Assembly (NCBI GenBank): GCA_963514005.1 | Contig: OY740814.1 | Location: 18,538,001 to 18,602,000, forward strand | DNA: 64,000 nt | DNA from: Raja brachyura | Taxonomy: Eukaryota | Direction of reading: 5' to 3' | Shown: positions 1 to 13,598 of the stretch, piece by piece | Layout: each line of letters opens with the position of its first letter | Position numbering within the stretch: the first letter of the stretch is position 1 | The notes under the pieces: generated by a model | What the model was told of the DNA's origin: nothing | What the model saw: the letters and a program-made list of their open reading frames with translations, nothing else | Database searches by the model: none | Program-made: the position numbers and the translations under genes

Positions 1-385
1 GCATAGATTTTCGTTTCTTCCTTTTTCATGGGTGAAATACCAGAATATTGGAGTGTGACTAATATTATACCTTTAAGTAGAGCAGCTAGAAAGATCCAGT
101 ATACGATAGACCAGTGAATCTACCATCAAGAATGACTGTTACTGGCGGGGTTTCTGAGGATTTGTTTGTGGGAGATTGTCTAAAATTTGATTTCTGACCA
201 AGAAGATTGAGGACTGAGCAGTGGACATTATGTTCTTGGAATTTAGATAGACCTTTGACAACATCCTGCATGGTAGACTAGTCCAGAAGGTTAGACTACA
301 TGGAATCCTGCTTGAGAACATTTGCTTGGTCATAGGTGACAGAGTGGGTATGCTGGGACTGTTACCTCTGGAGTGAGGTTGTCTG
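1..385 (+). mobile_element. CR1-clade LINE RT fragment (degraded)
   Basis: Remnants of EDWRVANV..YRPVSL and AVD..DFSKAFDKVPHGRLVQKVRLHGI, with stops and frameshifts. Confidence 0.8.
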
Positions 386-959
386 AGGGGTTGGCCTGTT
401 TATGTACTGTGTAACTCTATGGATCTATGTATAGTTTGACAATTAAAACCATGCCTTTAATTGTACTAGCTTGTTGGTTGTAAAATTCCTGTTGGAAGAT
501 ACATGTAAAACTTGGTTGAGGATACTGTGGCTTAACAGTAGAATAGCTTATTGGCTCACCACTTGTACAAGAGGAATGATCATTTGAATGAGGAACCTGA
601 AGGAGTGTCGGTAACTGTGGGGCTTTTGTCTTAAACTTGCCCAAAATGGTGGAAACATATTTAAGAACTTAGTGCGAGAGATGATTTTTTTTAAATTCTC
701 AATTGCTGCTGTTTTCCCTCGAGCTGTTATTTAATGCAGATTATGAGCTGCAGATGCGTTCTCAACATAAATAATTCTTGAAGTGTGCCATTTGATCAGA
801 TTTGTGTGTAATACGTTGGCCTCACTGTAGTTTAAGACTTTAGTTTCCAAATTGGGGGTTGATTGCAGCACATTTCACCGTGTAAAGAAAAAACACTTTG
901 CCCTAATTTTAATTTGAAACAGACTACAGCATATTCAATGTTGGTCCTTTAGCTAAATG

Positions 960-1310
960 GTAGAGAGGAAAGGCGAGGCAAGTGGCTGAAATGTCAATGA
1001 GGAGCACTTTGGGACCAGCGACCATAAATCTATTAAATTAATTATGGAAAAGGATAGGACTAGGCCGCACGTTAAAGTCCTGAATCGGGGAAAGGTTAAT
1101 TTTGATAGCATTGACAGATGCTTGCAAAAGTTCATTAAGAGAGGGTGTTATCGGGTAATGGGGCATCTGGCTAGTGGGAGGTTTTTAAAAATGAGATGGG
1201 AAGAGTTCAGCGTTTTTTATTTTTGGTAGTGAAGAGCAAGATTAGGGAACCGCCGCTGACAAGGGACACTGAAGCTCTGGCCAGGAAAATTGTGGTATAT
1301 GTTTGCCACA
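960..1310 (+). mobile_element. CR1 LINE ORF2 fragment (end of endonuclease/linker)
   Basis: EHFGTSDH..IMEKDRTRPHVKVLN.GKVNFDSI. Confidence 0.75.
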
Positions 1311-1340
1311 GGCAGCTGGACTTGAGCACATCCCTCTTAA

Positions 1341-2100
1341 GTTCATAAGTCATAGGAGCAGAAATAGGCCATTTGGCCCATCGAGTCTTCTCTGCCATTC
1401 GATCTATTTTTCCCTCTCAACCCCATTCTCCTGCCTTCACCCCATAACCTTTGACGTGCTTACCAATCAAGAACCTATTAATCTTTAAAATCTAAATGCT
1501 TTAAAAATACCCAATGGTTTGGCCTTCACAGCCATCTGTGGTAACAAATTAAAAAGATTCACCACTCTCTGGCTAAAGAAATTCCTCCTCATCGCCATTA
1601 TGAAGGTGCGCCCTTTTATTCTGAGGCTGTGCCGTCTGGTCCTAGACTCTCCCTTTACTGGAAATGTCCTCTCCATATCAATTCCATCTATGCCTTTCAT
1701 TATTTTGTAGGTTTCAACGAGACACCCTCCTCTATACCCCAGAAAGTACAGGCACAGAGCGCCTCGTATGTTAACCCAGTCATCCCCAGGATCATTCTGG
1801 TAAACATCCTCTGGACCCTCTCCAATACCAGCACATTCTTCCTCAGATATGGGACCCAAAACTGCTGTCAAGATTCCAAATGTAGCCTGACCAGCACCTT
1901 AGGAAACCCTTGCTTTTATATTCTATAATCCTCTCGAAGTGAATGGTAACATTGCATTTGAATTCCTTATTGCCAACTCAACCTGCAAATTAACCTTTTG
2001 TGAATCCTGCACCAGCATTCGTAAATTCCATTATATCTTCGATTTCAAAATCCTCTTCCCATTTAAAAAATAGTCTGCCTTTATTTCTCTATCAAAGTGC
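1341..2100 (-). mobile_element. CR1/HER1-like LINE 3' end
   Basis: The minus strand encodes LVETYKIMKGID..FPVKGESRTRRHSLRIKG..MRRNFFSQRVVNL, followed by the tail GGGCCAAATGGCCTATTTCTGCTCCTATGACTTATGAAC. Confidence 0.9.
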
Positions 2101-4599
2101 AAGACCTTACAAGGAGTGCAGTTCTTTTGATAAAAGCTGCACAATGTGGATAGGCAGAGACGAGTGTATAATCCTATTTGTACTGGATGATGCTGTTGAT
2201 AGATAGCTTTTGTGGGTGTAGAGAGAATCTACTACGCTACACATTGTCGTGTTGCTTTTGTATCTATTTAAGCATTAGGGCTCTGTTTCTAGCACTTTGT
2301 TTTAAACACAAGGAAGATACTGCCAATGTTGGAGTAACTCAGTGGGTCAGGCAGCATCTCTGGAGAACATGGACAGACAACACTTTGGGTCGGGACCCTT
2401 TAGACTGATCTTATGCTTCAGATTACAAGCTTTAAAAATAATTAAAGGTGTATTGATTTTTTAAAAATCTAATAGTCTGGAAAAGTCTGTTAGTTCAACA
2501 GCTCGGGTGATCTGAGGTTGCTGAATTGTCAAAATGTAACTATAATTAAAAGTTGCACAAAAAAGTCACATCTGCCATAATTTTTCCATAAGGCATTAGG
2601 GGAGCTATATTTGCTTTTATCTGAAGATACCAGATAGTGCTCATAAAAATAGAAACCGGGCCCCTGTTATTTTAAAGGGGGCACATGAAACAAAAGATGG
2701 TGAGCCAGATGCCGATCCATCTGGCTTTCCAGACAATTGGATATTGAATGATTGCCGTTTTACTATCTTGCAGTACAGTTTTGAACATTTATCGTTTGGG
2801 GAAAGTCAAAACATTCTGTTTCTGAACCCTATCCAGCATTGGCAAAAAGACAATGCACAAGTACAAGGACTTGGGGGAAGGGCGGCACCCTGTCAAGTTG
2901 TCTTGGATCCTAGACAAGGAATGAGTGTCCATAAGGCACAACAGATTGACTGCAGAACTTTTGTCCAACCTGGCGTTGGAACTTCGCAAAAAGAGTGGAC
3001 TGCTGAGAGCATGTGATATGGAAGAATTTAGAAAAAGAGTAACCTTTTTCTAATTATCTTTACATAGTGGAAGTTAGAACATTGCATGCATTAATTACTT
3101 GTATATTAGTATGCTTTCAATCTTGGATTCCAGTTTCTAGACGAGAAGGGTAAAATGAGCCTAGCTGCTCAATTTTGTGCTCAACTGCAGTCAAATGATT
3201 CCAGCTGGGCATGAAACCTGCAGTCTTCCAAGGTTTATGGAAATTTGCAGTGCAGTTTCCTGAAAAAGATCTTTAAAATTGCAACATTGTCTGACTATGT
3301 TTGGATCAGTGTCTAAGATAAACAGTTTGGATAGGGTCTAAGCAATCTAGTGCGTCCTAACCATACTGAAGAATCTTTAAGAATATAGTGTATGAGGCAG
3401 GAAGTTGCAACAAGAATGTTCACTCATAAACATTTACAAATTTGGCTCGGAAAACAAAATAGAAGTATAGAATGATTTTTTTTTTAAAGGAACCAAGGGG
3501 CATAATTTTTTAATTTGTTACTTCTAAAGGTTCAACAATAAAATTGGAAGGAATTAGGCAATCACAATTGCAAGTATTATTGTTACTCTGCCATTAGAGG
3601 GCTTCTGACACTAGAATGAATAAACTTAAGTGGCCTGGCAAATCTATTTCTAAACTTTCACCTACCCATTTGTGTGGTATGCTGGGTGGTATTTACATGT
3701 TATTTTGGAGCAGGGAATTTTTGGATGCATTTTTATGCCATTATCCAAACTGCACATAAATAATGGTAAGGACTTCATTGCTACTGCAAAATCTGTCCAA
3801 TATTTAATTTGTTTACAGTAATTGAATTGTTCCAGAACTTGGAAATGTTATTTTATCTTTGTAATTCAACAAGAAATGTGAGATGATGTGGGAGGGAAAT
3901 TCACATACCTTTCTTTCACATAATACTTTACGATGAAATGCTGGGTAAACCCAAATTTGGACAAAAGTGTGCATATCAAAAGTACAGCATTTTGAAATTA
4001 TTATTGAGAATGGATGATTGTGCTGTGCTGCTTTCCAATTTTTGACCCACCGAGCATTTAGTTTTATAATTGTTCCTGATTACCCTATAATTTTCCGGCC
4101 ATGAGCTCCTTACCAGTTTCCATTTTCTTTTATGATTCCAGTTATCCGCAGGTTTGCCTGAAGTTACCAGTTACGGGTGGAATAAAATTGATTTGTGTTG
4201 TCCACCTTGTGTTTCCTTGGAAATCCAAAATAATTGCTTCCAAGCCCTCAATTGTAACAGTAGGAGGATGATTAGCTTATAGATTTCAAACTAATTCTAA
4301 GACCAGTGCACACTGCTGCAATCATCCCCACCTCACACCCTGTGGCCTTGCAATTTTTCCCTTTCAGGTTGTTCTATAGCTGTCTTTATCAAAGTGATTT
4401 GATAGTGACCTGACAGTGCATTCCAAATGCTAACAACTCAGTTTTGAAAGAAAATGTACTTGTCTCACCGTCAGTTATTTCACCATTCGCCTTCGTTCTC
4501 GATCAAGGTCCCCAATCTTGATCTGTTTATAAGTGGAAACAGTTACTGTATCAGATGCCTTTGCAACTTCCTTGTTTGGGGAGAACAAACCTATCCAGT

Positions 4600-5900
4600 T
4601 AACCAAAGACCTTCTGTTCCCTTCATAGTTCACCATGCCTCCAAATTCTGTCTGCAAATATGAAAATCATATTCTGTGCAACTAAATACAAATTATTTAT
4701 ACAGGTGGCTCCTGCAATACATCTGGAAATTTGTCCCTACAGAATTCACATATCAGTACCCAAAAATTTGAGATGCGGAATAAAATGCTCATGGAATTTA
4801 TGTAGGAAGAAGTAAAGGATCAGCACAATTTGTTTTTCAACTTTTGTTGATACACGAGGAAGTAATGTGATCACTTTACAGAAAAGTTGCAGTGTGTCTT
4901 GATTTATAGGAATGCCACCCCCCTGTAAAATAGGGATTTTCTGTATATATTTCAAAAATTGGAGGCCTTGTGTTTAAATTATTAGCACAAAAATCCTGTC
5001 TGGTTTCTCCACTGTCCTCAGTTCAAGAACAATCTTTCACTCCATTACACCTCTCTTTAGATTCCCTTTTTGTTTACTGCCGGTCTTTTTTTCATACTTG
5101 GTGTCTCGTCCTGTCAGTCATCTTGTTTTAATTCCTATCAGAACTTCCTGCAATCAGCTTCGTTCTCACTAAGGTTAGTAACCTGATGCATTTCATATGC
5201 CTTTTCTTCCTGCCCTTTCCTATTGTAAATTGCTCTCTTGTTTTCATCGTCCATTGAGCTCTGGCATTAATTTCCATATCCTACTTCTTTATGGGTATGT
5301 ACCAAAACTGTAGCTGAAGTGTTTCCAGCTACAAAACCTTCCATTGTTCAGTTATGTCTGACAATTTGACTCTACCCATGACAGATCATTTCACATCCCA
5401 TTGTAAAGGACCCTTTTTAGATGAACTGTTTTTACTTTGGAATTGTCTGTCAGAATCCATTATCATTTTACTTTGGACAATAATGGATGCTTCCAATGTG
5501 AAGGGAATTGTGTCAATTTAGGCACACTGCGTGTTGCCTTTTCCTCCAAATCTGTTCTTTTGATCTTTCCCTCATGGGTTGCCCAGTCAGTGTTCCTCTG
5601 GGACCCAACAGAGGTATTGTTGGCGTCTTGCAATATTGGCACAACATTAAATTTCTTCACCGTGTGCTTATTTTCTTTGCCAATAGACCAGATGAATGGA
5701 CAATGCAGCAAACATATTAACATCAGCGTAAAATTAATGCAATTTTTTTGTATTTTCTGTAATTTACATCATCTCAGAATATGCTGGAATGACACAGCCA
5801 GTCAGCATTTGAAAAAATAAAATTGGTCAGTTATTGGGCCTTTTTAAATCCCAGCAAGTTCACTAGCAGTTTTAACCTAAGCATATCAAAATACTAAAAT
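4600..5900 (-). mobile_element. Old, highly degraded CR1-like LINE
   Basis: Faint remnants (TKLGG.VN.E-like and FF.EVTSRV-like segments); boundaries approximate. Confidence 0.45.
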
Positions 5901-6537
5901 GGGATAGTTTAAGGTTGACAAGTGATGTTAGTTGTTTGAGAGAATCCACATGATAAATTGCTCAATCGGTTGAGAAATTGTGGTAGGACTCGCATAGCAA
6001 CCAACCCAAGTATTGCCAGTTTTTCTGTTATCATTTTAATGAAAAACTCTGCATCTTTTAAATATTGTGTTTAATAATTTCAAAAGCAGTCTTCCCATTT
6101 TCTCTCCCTGCAACAGCTGCTTATCATTGTCCTGCCATTCCTAATTACATCCCCCAAATCCACCTTTTTGTACCATGTCCCATCATTACCATCCCTGCTG
6201 TTTGGCTTTCTGCATCATCCCTTTTATCATTTAATCTTCTCTGTTTTCGATCACTGAACCCTGCCGTACCATGCTGTCTTCTAACTTTTCTAGTTCCCGT
6301 CCAAAATGTTAATTCCCTCCTCTCCCATGTGCCCACTTGGAGTAATAGTTCTAATATTCTGAACAGATTCACTTCCGATTCCTAGGTTTGTTCAATTGGA
6401 CTATCACTTTTTGTCTATTCCAAGTATTTCTGAATTATATAACTATCGGTGGCCTCGTGCTGTTCGATGCAAGTGTGGGTGAATTCCTGTGCCCTGTCAT
6501 CCTTTTTCATATAAGTTCTTTGCAAGATCTCTATGTA

Positions 6538-6753
6538 GAAACAAGGAACTGCAGATGCTGGTTTACCAAGGAAATGCACAAGATGCTGGATGTATCTCAG
6601 TGGGTCAGGCAGCATCACTGGAGAACATGCAATAGTTGACCTTTCAGGTCGGGACCCTTCCTCAGACTGAAAATGTGCCAGGACCCAAAACGTCACCAAT
6701 CCATGTTCACCAGCGATGCTGCCTTACCAACGGAGTTACCAAAGCATTTTGTC
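6538..6753. mobile_element. PLE-derived short repeat, inverted pair with degenerate hammerhead motif
   Basis: GGAACTGCAGATGCTGG...GGCAGCATC...GGGACCCTTCCTCAGAC followed by its reverse-complement copy. Confidence 0.75.
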
Positions 6754-7404
6754 TTTCCTAATCCAACTCTAATTCCATCCACCATGCCTGTCACTTTAGC
6801 CTGCAGGTTTTTCTCCATGATATCTATTCAACTTCTTGGAGACCACAACTCAATTTACATGCATCACATCTACAGTCAGTGGGTTCCAGATGCTTCTCCT
6901 CTAGTTCCTCATAATTCTATTTTCCCCATTACTTCCTACTGGCACCTGTACTTTGATGCCTCCAAAACGAACAGCTGCAAAGTCCCGAATTGTGCATGCT
7001 TTAAACTGTTTTCCCAACCTGCTCTTTCATTTATTTGTGTATTCGTATTACATTCCTTTATATTCTGTACTCTATTGCCTCTTATGCATATTTCAAATTT
7101 CTCTGCTTTAAACCTTGTCCATTACACCAGCCTTTTTGTCCAGCTACAATCAAAATATCCTCTTGAACAATACTCTGCACTCCGTATCTTTCCCTTTGCT
7201 CTGCCTACTGTACGGAAGTTTGACTTTCATATTTCCACCTCTCTGGGAACAGAACTCCTTGCCAACAGCACTAGCGAACTTGCCAACAGGTTCGCTCAGA
7301 TTTGTTTCTCTCCTTCTGTCCCTTACCCCTCCCTTCATCTGTGGCCCGGCAATGTATTCTGTCGCGTGCATATGAACCTCTAGTTCTTTTGCCGTTGACA
7401 ATCC

Positions 7405-7580
7405 TAGGGTTTAATCTGCCAGTGCCTCTTTTGTACGTGGACAGAAACCAGACTTCCTGGCAGAAATCCACAGAGCATGGGGAGAATGTGCAGACTCCTC
7501 ACAAGCAACTTTGGGGATCAGGATTGAAGCTGGACCCTGGAGCTCTGAGACAGCAGATCCGAGCACTGCACCGTATCACT
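7405..7580 (-). mobile_element. Degraded V-SINE (HE1-like)
   Basis: Reverse complement of the V-domain (GGGGAGAATGTGCAGACTCC) and the tRNA head. Confidence 0.65.
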
Positions 7581-8869
7581 CCAAAGCAACTGTCCTCCTT
7601 CCTGCCCTCCCTTCCTGTGCTCCATATTACAAATGTTAAAGTCTTAATTTAATGCACAGCTCTACCATGTATATTTTATTTAACTACATGACTTACAATT
7701 GAAGTCTTGAATGCTCAACTCAACTTACTACTTGAGTGTGAAGTAATGTAGCTTTGTCAGACTTCAAAGGTTTAAAGGCAATTCAAATTGTGAATATCTT
7801 GTAAGAATACTTAGGTATTATGTTGTGTTACATTGAATAATGCGAGTTTAGCAGGAGATGTCTTCAGTAATTCTAGATTTATTTTCTTTTACCGTGCATT
7901 CTCGCAAATATTTTTCCACTTTGTTTCCTTTCAAGAAAGCCACGAGATATTCAAATAAAGTTCTGAATAGATTTACTTCTAGGTTACGACTTCATCCTTC
8001 CACTGGTCACTTTGATTTCCAAATCTGTCTCATTTTGGAGTCGGGCTATCACTAGCTCTATTACATATTCAAGAATTTGGAAACTTTTCCTATAGCATCT
8101 TCCATATGGTTAAACAAAGGCATCAATTCTTCATGCCTTTATAACTGTAAACTTAAATTCTTGGCATTGTTTAACTGAATCCTTCCATGGCTCTAACTTC
8201 CTTCCTGTTGCATGATGCCAAAACTACACACAATGCTCCAACTGTGGCTTATTGAGTGGGAAACTATCCAAAATAATCAAAGTCCAACGGTGACCTTTTG
8301 ATGCCCTAAACATGCCATTTGTGAACGGTGATATTCTTGCACATGTGAGTGAGAGGTCGCCTGCGTGTTGTTGCACCTGTCTTCAGCTTCTGCTACGGGT
8401 TGTGACTGCAGTTTAGTTTAACTTGAAAGTGCTTGAATAGATTTTGACACCGGCCCTTAAATATTTCACTTCCTTTGTGTGGAGATTCAGCCAGAATGAT
8501 GCTTTCCATTCCAGTGCAATCTCGCAAATGTATAAAATTTCAAACAGTCAAACAAACGTCTAGTTTCAGGACCTCATTCTTTTTCATTCATTCATTCTGT
8601 CTGTTTGAAAGATTTCTGAGGCCCCAAGAGATAGATGGATGTTCAGGATTCCATGACATTATTTGAAGAGCAGGTTCGTGTTCTGTGTCAGAAAAACACG
8701 AGTCTTGTTCAGTGTTCATTCCACAGTGAACATCTTTAAACGATTGGTTGCTTTGCTCCAGGCCGTCGCACAACCTGCTCAAACGTGGTCCATAGAATTT
8801 ATTCCAGTGAAAAAAATAAGAGTAGCTCCTTGCTGTGGAGGCAGAATTTGGATGACTTGCAGTAAGGAT

Positions 8870-10470
8870 TCTGACACTACCTTCTGTAGATTTGGGGGCC
8901 AAACACTTCAATGGTTGGAATCCTACCTCGCACAAGAGAAATTAGTGTAGTCGTTGAAAGCCAAACACAGCAACCCAAGAACATCACTACAGAAGTACCT
9001 CAGAAATATCCTAGTTTTGTACTGTTTCATTAGTGACCTTCTTTCCATAATGACCCATTAAGCACAAGCGGTGGGAAGGTTCACTAAACAATGTTTAGTG
9101 GCATCTGCGCCACTCGAGCAAGTGAAACAATCCATGCTCGAGTACAACAAGACCTAGACAACATTCGGGCATGGACTGACAATTGGCAAATAGCATTCAC
9201 ACCAAAACGTGACAGAAAAATGTACACCTTTCACAAAAAGTGAGTCTGTGGAATTCTCTGCCTCGGAGGGCGGTGGAGGCCGGTTCTCCGGATACTTTCA
9301 AGAGAGAGCTAGATAGGGCTCTTAAAGATGGCGGAGTCAGGGTATATGGGGAGAAGGCAGGAACGGGTTACTGATTGGGGATGATCAGCCATGATCACAT
9401 TGAATGGCGGTGCTGGCTCGAAGGGCCGAATGGCCTACTGCACCTATTGTCTATTGTCTAAAAGTCTAATTCACAAGTTTTGACATTGATTGACATTACC
9501 ATCGCTGAGTCCACCACCATCAACATCTTAAAAATCTCACCAGCAACTTAGCTGGACCAGCAACAAACACTGTGGTTACAAAAACAGATCAGAAATTGTA
9601 TATCTAGAGGCGGGTGAGTCGCATAATAACACTCAAACACTTCCACAGTTTAAGGGCACAAATCAGGAGTGTGATGTAATGTACTTTGATAGTCTGGATG
9701 AGGTGTAGCTCTAGCAACATTCATATTCATCACAATCCAGGTCAAATCATCATGATTGATTGCTACCCTATCTGGCACTTTATTCATTCCCTATATCCCA
9801 GTGGCTGCAGCAACAGCATTTGTAAAATGCTCTGCCCAATGTAGTCTGACAACTCTAGTCCCAAGAAAGACAAGGGTAGCACCACCACCTGGAGTTTGCA
9901 CATCATGTTGGCTTAGAAGGAAGAGAGACACAAAATGCTGGAGTAACTCAGCCAGTCTGGTAGCATATCCGGAGAAAAGGAATCGATGACGTTTTGGGTG
10001 CTGACGTGCTTAATCCAACATTTTGTGTCTATCTCCAGAGTTGAAATATTTGTGTTGAGGTAGAAACCTGGTTTCTGGCATTGTAGGGTGGTGTGTCTAC
10101 CAGCTCCACTGTGGTGCTGTCCTATTAACCTGCACAGAGCCACGATGGAAGGAAATACTCAGAGCCAAGTCCCTCCAGGATATGTCACATATTCCTTTCC
10201 TCCAGAGAGGCTGCCTGACTCACTGTGTTACTCCAGCATTTTGTGGCTATCTTCGGCATAAACCGGCATCTGCAGTTCCTTCCTATACGTATTAGCTTAG
10301 AAGGATATCGCTCTTTCATTCATTGTTTCATCTAAATCCCAGGTCTCCATCTCCCAACAACAATTATGAGTACCTTCATGAGAAGGATTGTGGTAACGTG
10401 AAGACAACACCACAAAGGATGGATTAATAAAATGCTCACCTTCCCAGCAACATCTATATCCTGAAAAATA
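8870..10470 (+). mobile_element. CR1-like LINE 3' portion with nested younger insertions
   Basis: GQTLQWLESYLAQ..VVV..QP..IT..VPQ RT motif; tail ...AATAAAATGCTCACCTTCCCAGCAAC; interrupted by a CR1 tail (9228-9460) and PLE repeats (9915-10040, 10180-10290). Confidence 0.7.
9228..9460 (+). mobile_element. Young CR1 LINE 3' tail
   Basis: GAATTCTCTGCCTC...GGCTCGAAGGGCCGAATGGCCTAC...(CTATTGT)n; CpG-rich. Confidence 0.9.
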
Positions 10471-11852
10471 TTTATTTCATTGTTTAAAAAAAAAAGTTAA
10501 AATTCTATCTATGCTAACAATCATTAAGTTACAAAATGATTACTTTTATCATTACAATTTTCCAGCTGAAGAAATTGATGTTGTGCATAAGGTGTTTGCC
10601 AGTATACTCCTGGCAATCTGAGCAAAAATCAGTGAGAAACTTCCTATTTCTTTCCCATGGGAGGAAGTGTTTTACTGCTCTACAGTGTTTGCAGGTCAGT
10701 GCTCATACTGGCGATTTAAGTGGGGGAATCATTCATGTTTGCTAGCAATTCCAGTTGCTTTATACCCCTCATCTTTTGCAGTGACCTGTCTATCTGAAAT
10801 TGGTACGGGGTGCCATAAAATTTTATCATCATGGGAGAGAATGGGGATCTAAACGTAACCCTGGTCTGACCTTCCCTATATTAATATTTTTTAACAAGCT
10901 TTAGTGAGACCTGGTAGATCAAGAATAGAACCGGTGCTATTTTTGTCCCTTGTGGCTCAGAGTTTTGTCCAATGTTACACTTTCCCACCACAGTATTTGA
11001 GCAGTTCTAAAGGAGAAGCTTTGATTAAAGTGGTGTATGGTGATGACAAGGGGGAGACTTTGAACTTTTGCCAGGTCTATTCATTGGAGTCACTTTTGTT
11101 GTTTTAATAATGCATTTTTTGGCCACCAGGTTTGAGAAGTTCCCAGTTGCTAGTTGTACTTGTTGCTCTCGTGTGATCAGCCTTGACCAGAATAATACAG
11201 CTCTAATGTTTTTTTAGCTATGAACGTGCAATTAAGTTTATTGAGAAGAAAAAAGACCTAAGTGATAGCAGAATTTTTAGCTTGGCTGCTTGAGAATTTG
11301 AAATGTATACATTTTAAAAAAATCAAGTGTGCACTAAATAGTAATGTAATTTTTTTTTTAAAGAGATGGGGGTAACGCTTAGTTTTGCAAGTCAGTTCTC
11401 CCATTCAGTATCACATCTATACCCTTCTGCTCCTATACCCAATCCATTTGAATATTTTGTATTTGAAAATCCATCGTTTGGTGTTGAATTGACTGAGTGA
11501 GCAACTACATCTCTCTGGGATGAAGAATTCCAGACATTTGTCCTTGTTTGAATGAACAAATCTCTCATGAATCTTTAATGGTCAATCGTTCGTTCTAGAC
11601 TTGGCTGTGAAAATATTCAGCAATTATCCTCAAAATTTCCTTTTTAATTTTGTTTCAATGAAATTGCCTCATTCTTTAAACTCGTTTGAAATGTAATTTG
11701 AAAATAAAACATTGTAGTTGCTGGAAATTAAAGCAGGAAGAAGTGGAGTTTTTCAGTTTAGGCAGCATCTGTGGAGTGAAACAGTTGATGTATAAGGTTA
11801 ATGGTCATTCATCAGAAACGTCTTGTGCTTTTTGGCATTGTCTAAATGAACT

Positions 11853-12132
11853 TTTAGTTTGTTTAGTTTAGAGGTACAGCGCGAAAGCAGGCCCTTTGGC
11901 CCACAGAGAGTGCACTGACCAGCGATCCCCGCACACTTACACTATCCTACACCCACTGAGGACAATTTACAATTGTACCAGGCTGATTAACCTACAAATC
12001 TGTATGTCTTTGGAGAGTGGGAGGAAACCGGTGATCCTGGAGAAAACCCACACAGGTCATGGGGAGAATGTACAAGCTCCAGTCTCTGGCTCTGTAAGGC
12101 AGAAGCTCTACCGCTGCGCCAGAGTACCGCCC
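11853..12132 (-). mobile_element. HE1-like V-SINE
   Basis: (TAAAC)n tail, V-domain and tRNA-derived head on the minus strand. Confidence 0.9.
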
Positions 12133-13598
12133 ATTTGGACAATCGCACAGTATCTGAACCACTAATGAACGTTCATCTTATTCTTGCAAAGGGAAATATG
12201 TTCTTCAATCCGTTCTTGAGCTTTCATAGTACTCCCTGAACGTCAAGTATATGCTCTTCCTGTGTAGGCTTTCGCCCTGACCCTGGCCCTGTATAATTAA
12301 AGCAATATTACTTTAATGTTCGAATCCGTAACACGAGGCAAACAATTTGCAATCCTAATTCCTAATTTTGGTTATTTTTTGCTCCACACCTACCTAATGT
12401 CTAAGCAAGCTCCAGAAGGATCCTCTGGATCATATTGTGAGATCGAGCACATTTAAGTAAATGGGTTAATTGAAATATGGTTTCGCTTTTGAATACCTGT
12501 GTGAAATAAATTGGCTAAGATCTGTATTGATTGTTTCAATAAACCGTCCCAAAAGTGAAATTGGGGCAGTGAATATTATGCACAATGATTTTTTAAGATG
12601 TTTCTGAAAATCAAAATTGTAACTCTTTCTCTTTGCTGCCTGATCTAGCTAGTCTTTTCTTTTCAATTTGTTCAGATTTCCAGTACCTGCAGTTCTTTGA
12701 TTTTGTTCCGTCTTAGATGACATGTGTCCTGGATCTAAATTTTTATTAGCTTCACTGCTGACATATGACGAAATTCAAAGAATCTGATACTTGCTATTTT
12801 CAGTAACAAAATTAAATGATCTGACTTTGACCTGTGCCAAGTCCGTCTGAAGTGTGCTTGACATTGACTGGAAAGCTTGTAACGTATCTTGTTAATCGTC
12901 ACTGTCACACATACACACTCATCTGTTCTATCTTCCACCCAGCCAAGACACAGCTTAAAATAGCAGGGCACCTAATTGAAGAATTCTCTAAGGGCTGCAA
13001 ATATCCTGCAGCTATTGCAGTGATACAAAATTGAATTTATTGTACTTTGATATTCAACAATAAATTCCATGTCTTCATTTGGCTTGGGTATTATTTCTGA
13101 CCATCTGTGGATGATTGGAAAATTCATTGCTAATTAATGTATATAATAACATCCCCAATACAGGTCTTCCCTAGGTAATGACAAAATTCTGTTCTTGTGA
13201 GCTGTTCGTAAGCTGGACAGTTTATGGGTCGCAATTGCGAGTTTAAAAAAAAAAGGGTTCGCAGGCAGCAAAAGATACTGCAGTTGCGCAGCAGCTAGCG
13301 AATCCACCCAATCTGTCTCCCAAATGCTTGCACGTACATACAGGGTGTATACAAGTTAGGCCTGCCTCACCTGTCCTCAGAGGAGGACTGGCAATGGAAA
13401 CTGATGTCTTAAAGTGAACTGACACTGAATACTGTAATTCATTTAAGTGATGGAGATGTAGTTGGTAGGACCAGTAGTTATTATCTATAGTCATTACCTC
13501 TTCACTTGTGTTGTTGGAATAGTCCTAGTGCAGTAAGGGGGGGGGGTCTAAGATTTTGACCTAGCAATTAAGAAGGAAATGCAACATATGTAAGATAA

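Noticed and set aside
6673-7383. 236-aa ORF, the longest in the track
   Set aside because: Starts in a PLE repeat with a non-ATG codon, is pyrimidine-rich and has no recognisable domain or exon context; likely a chance ORF.
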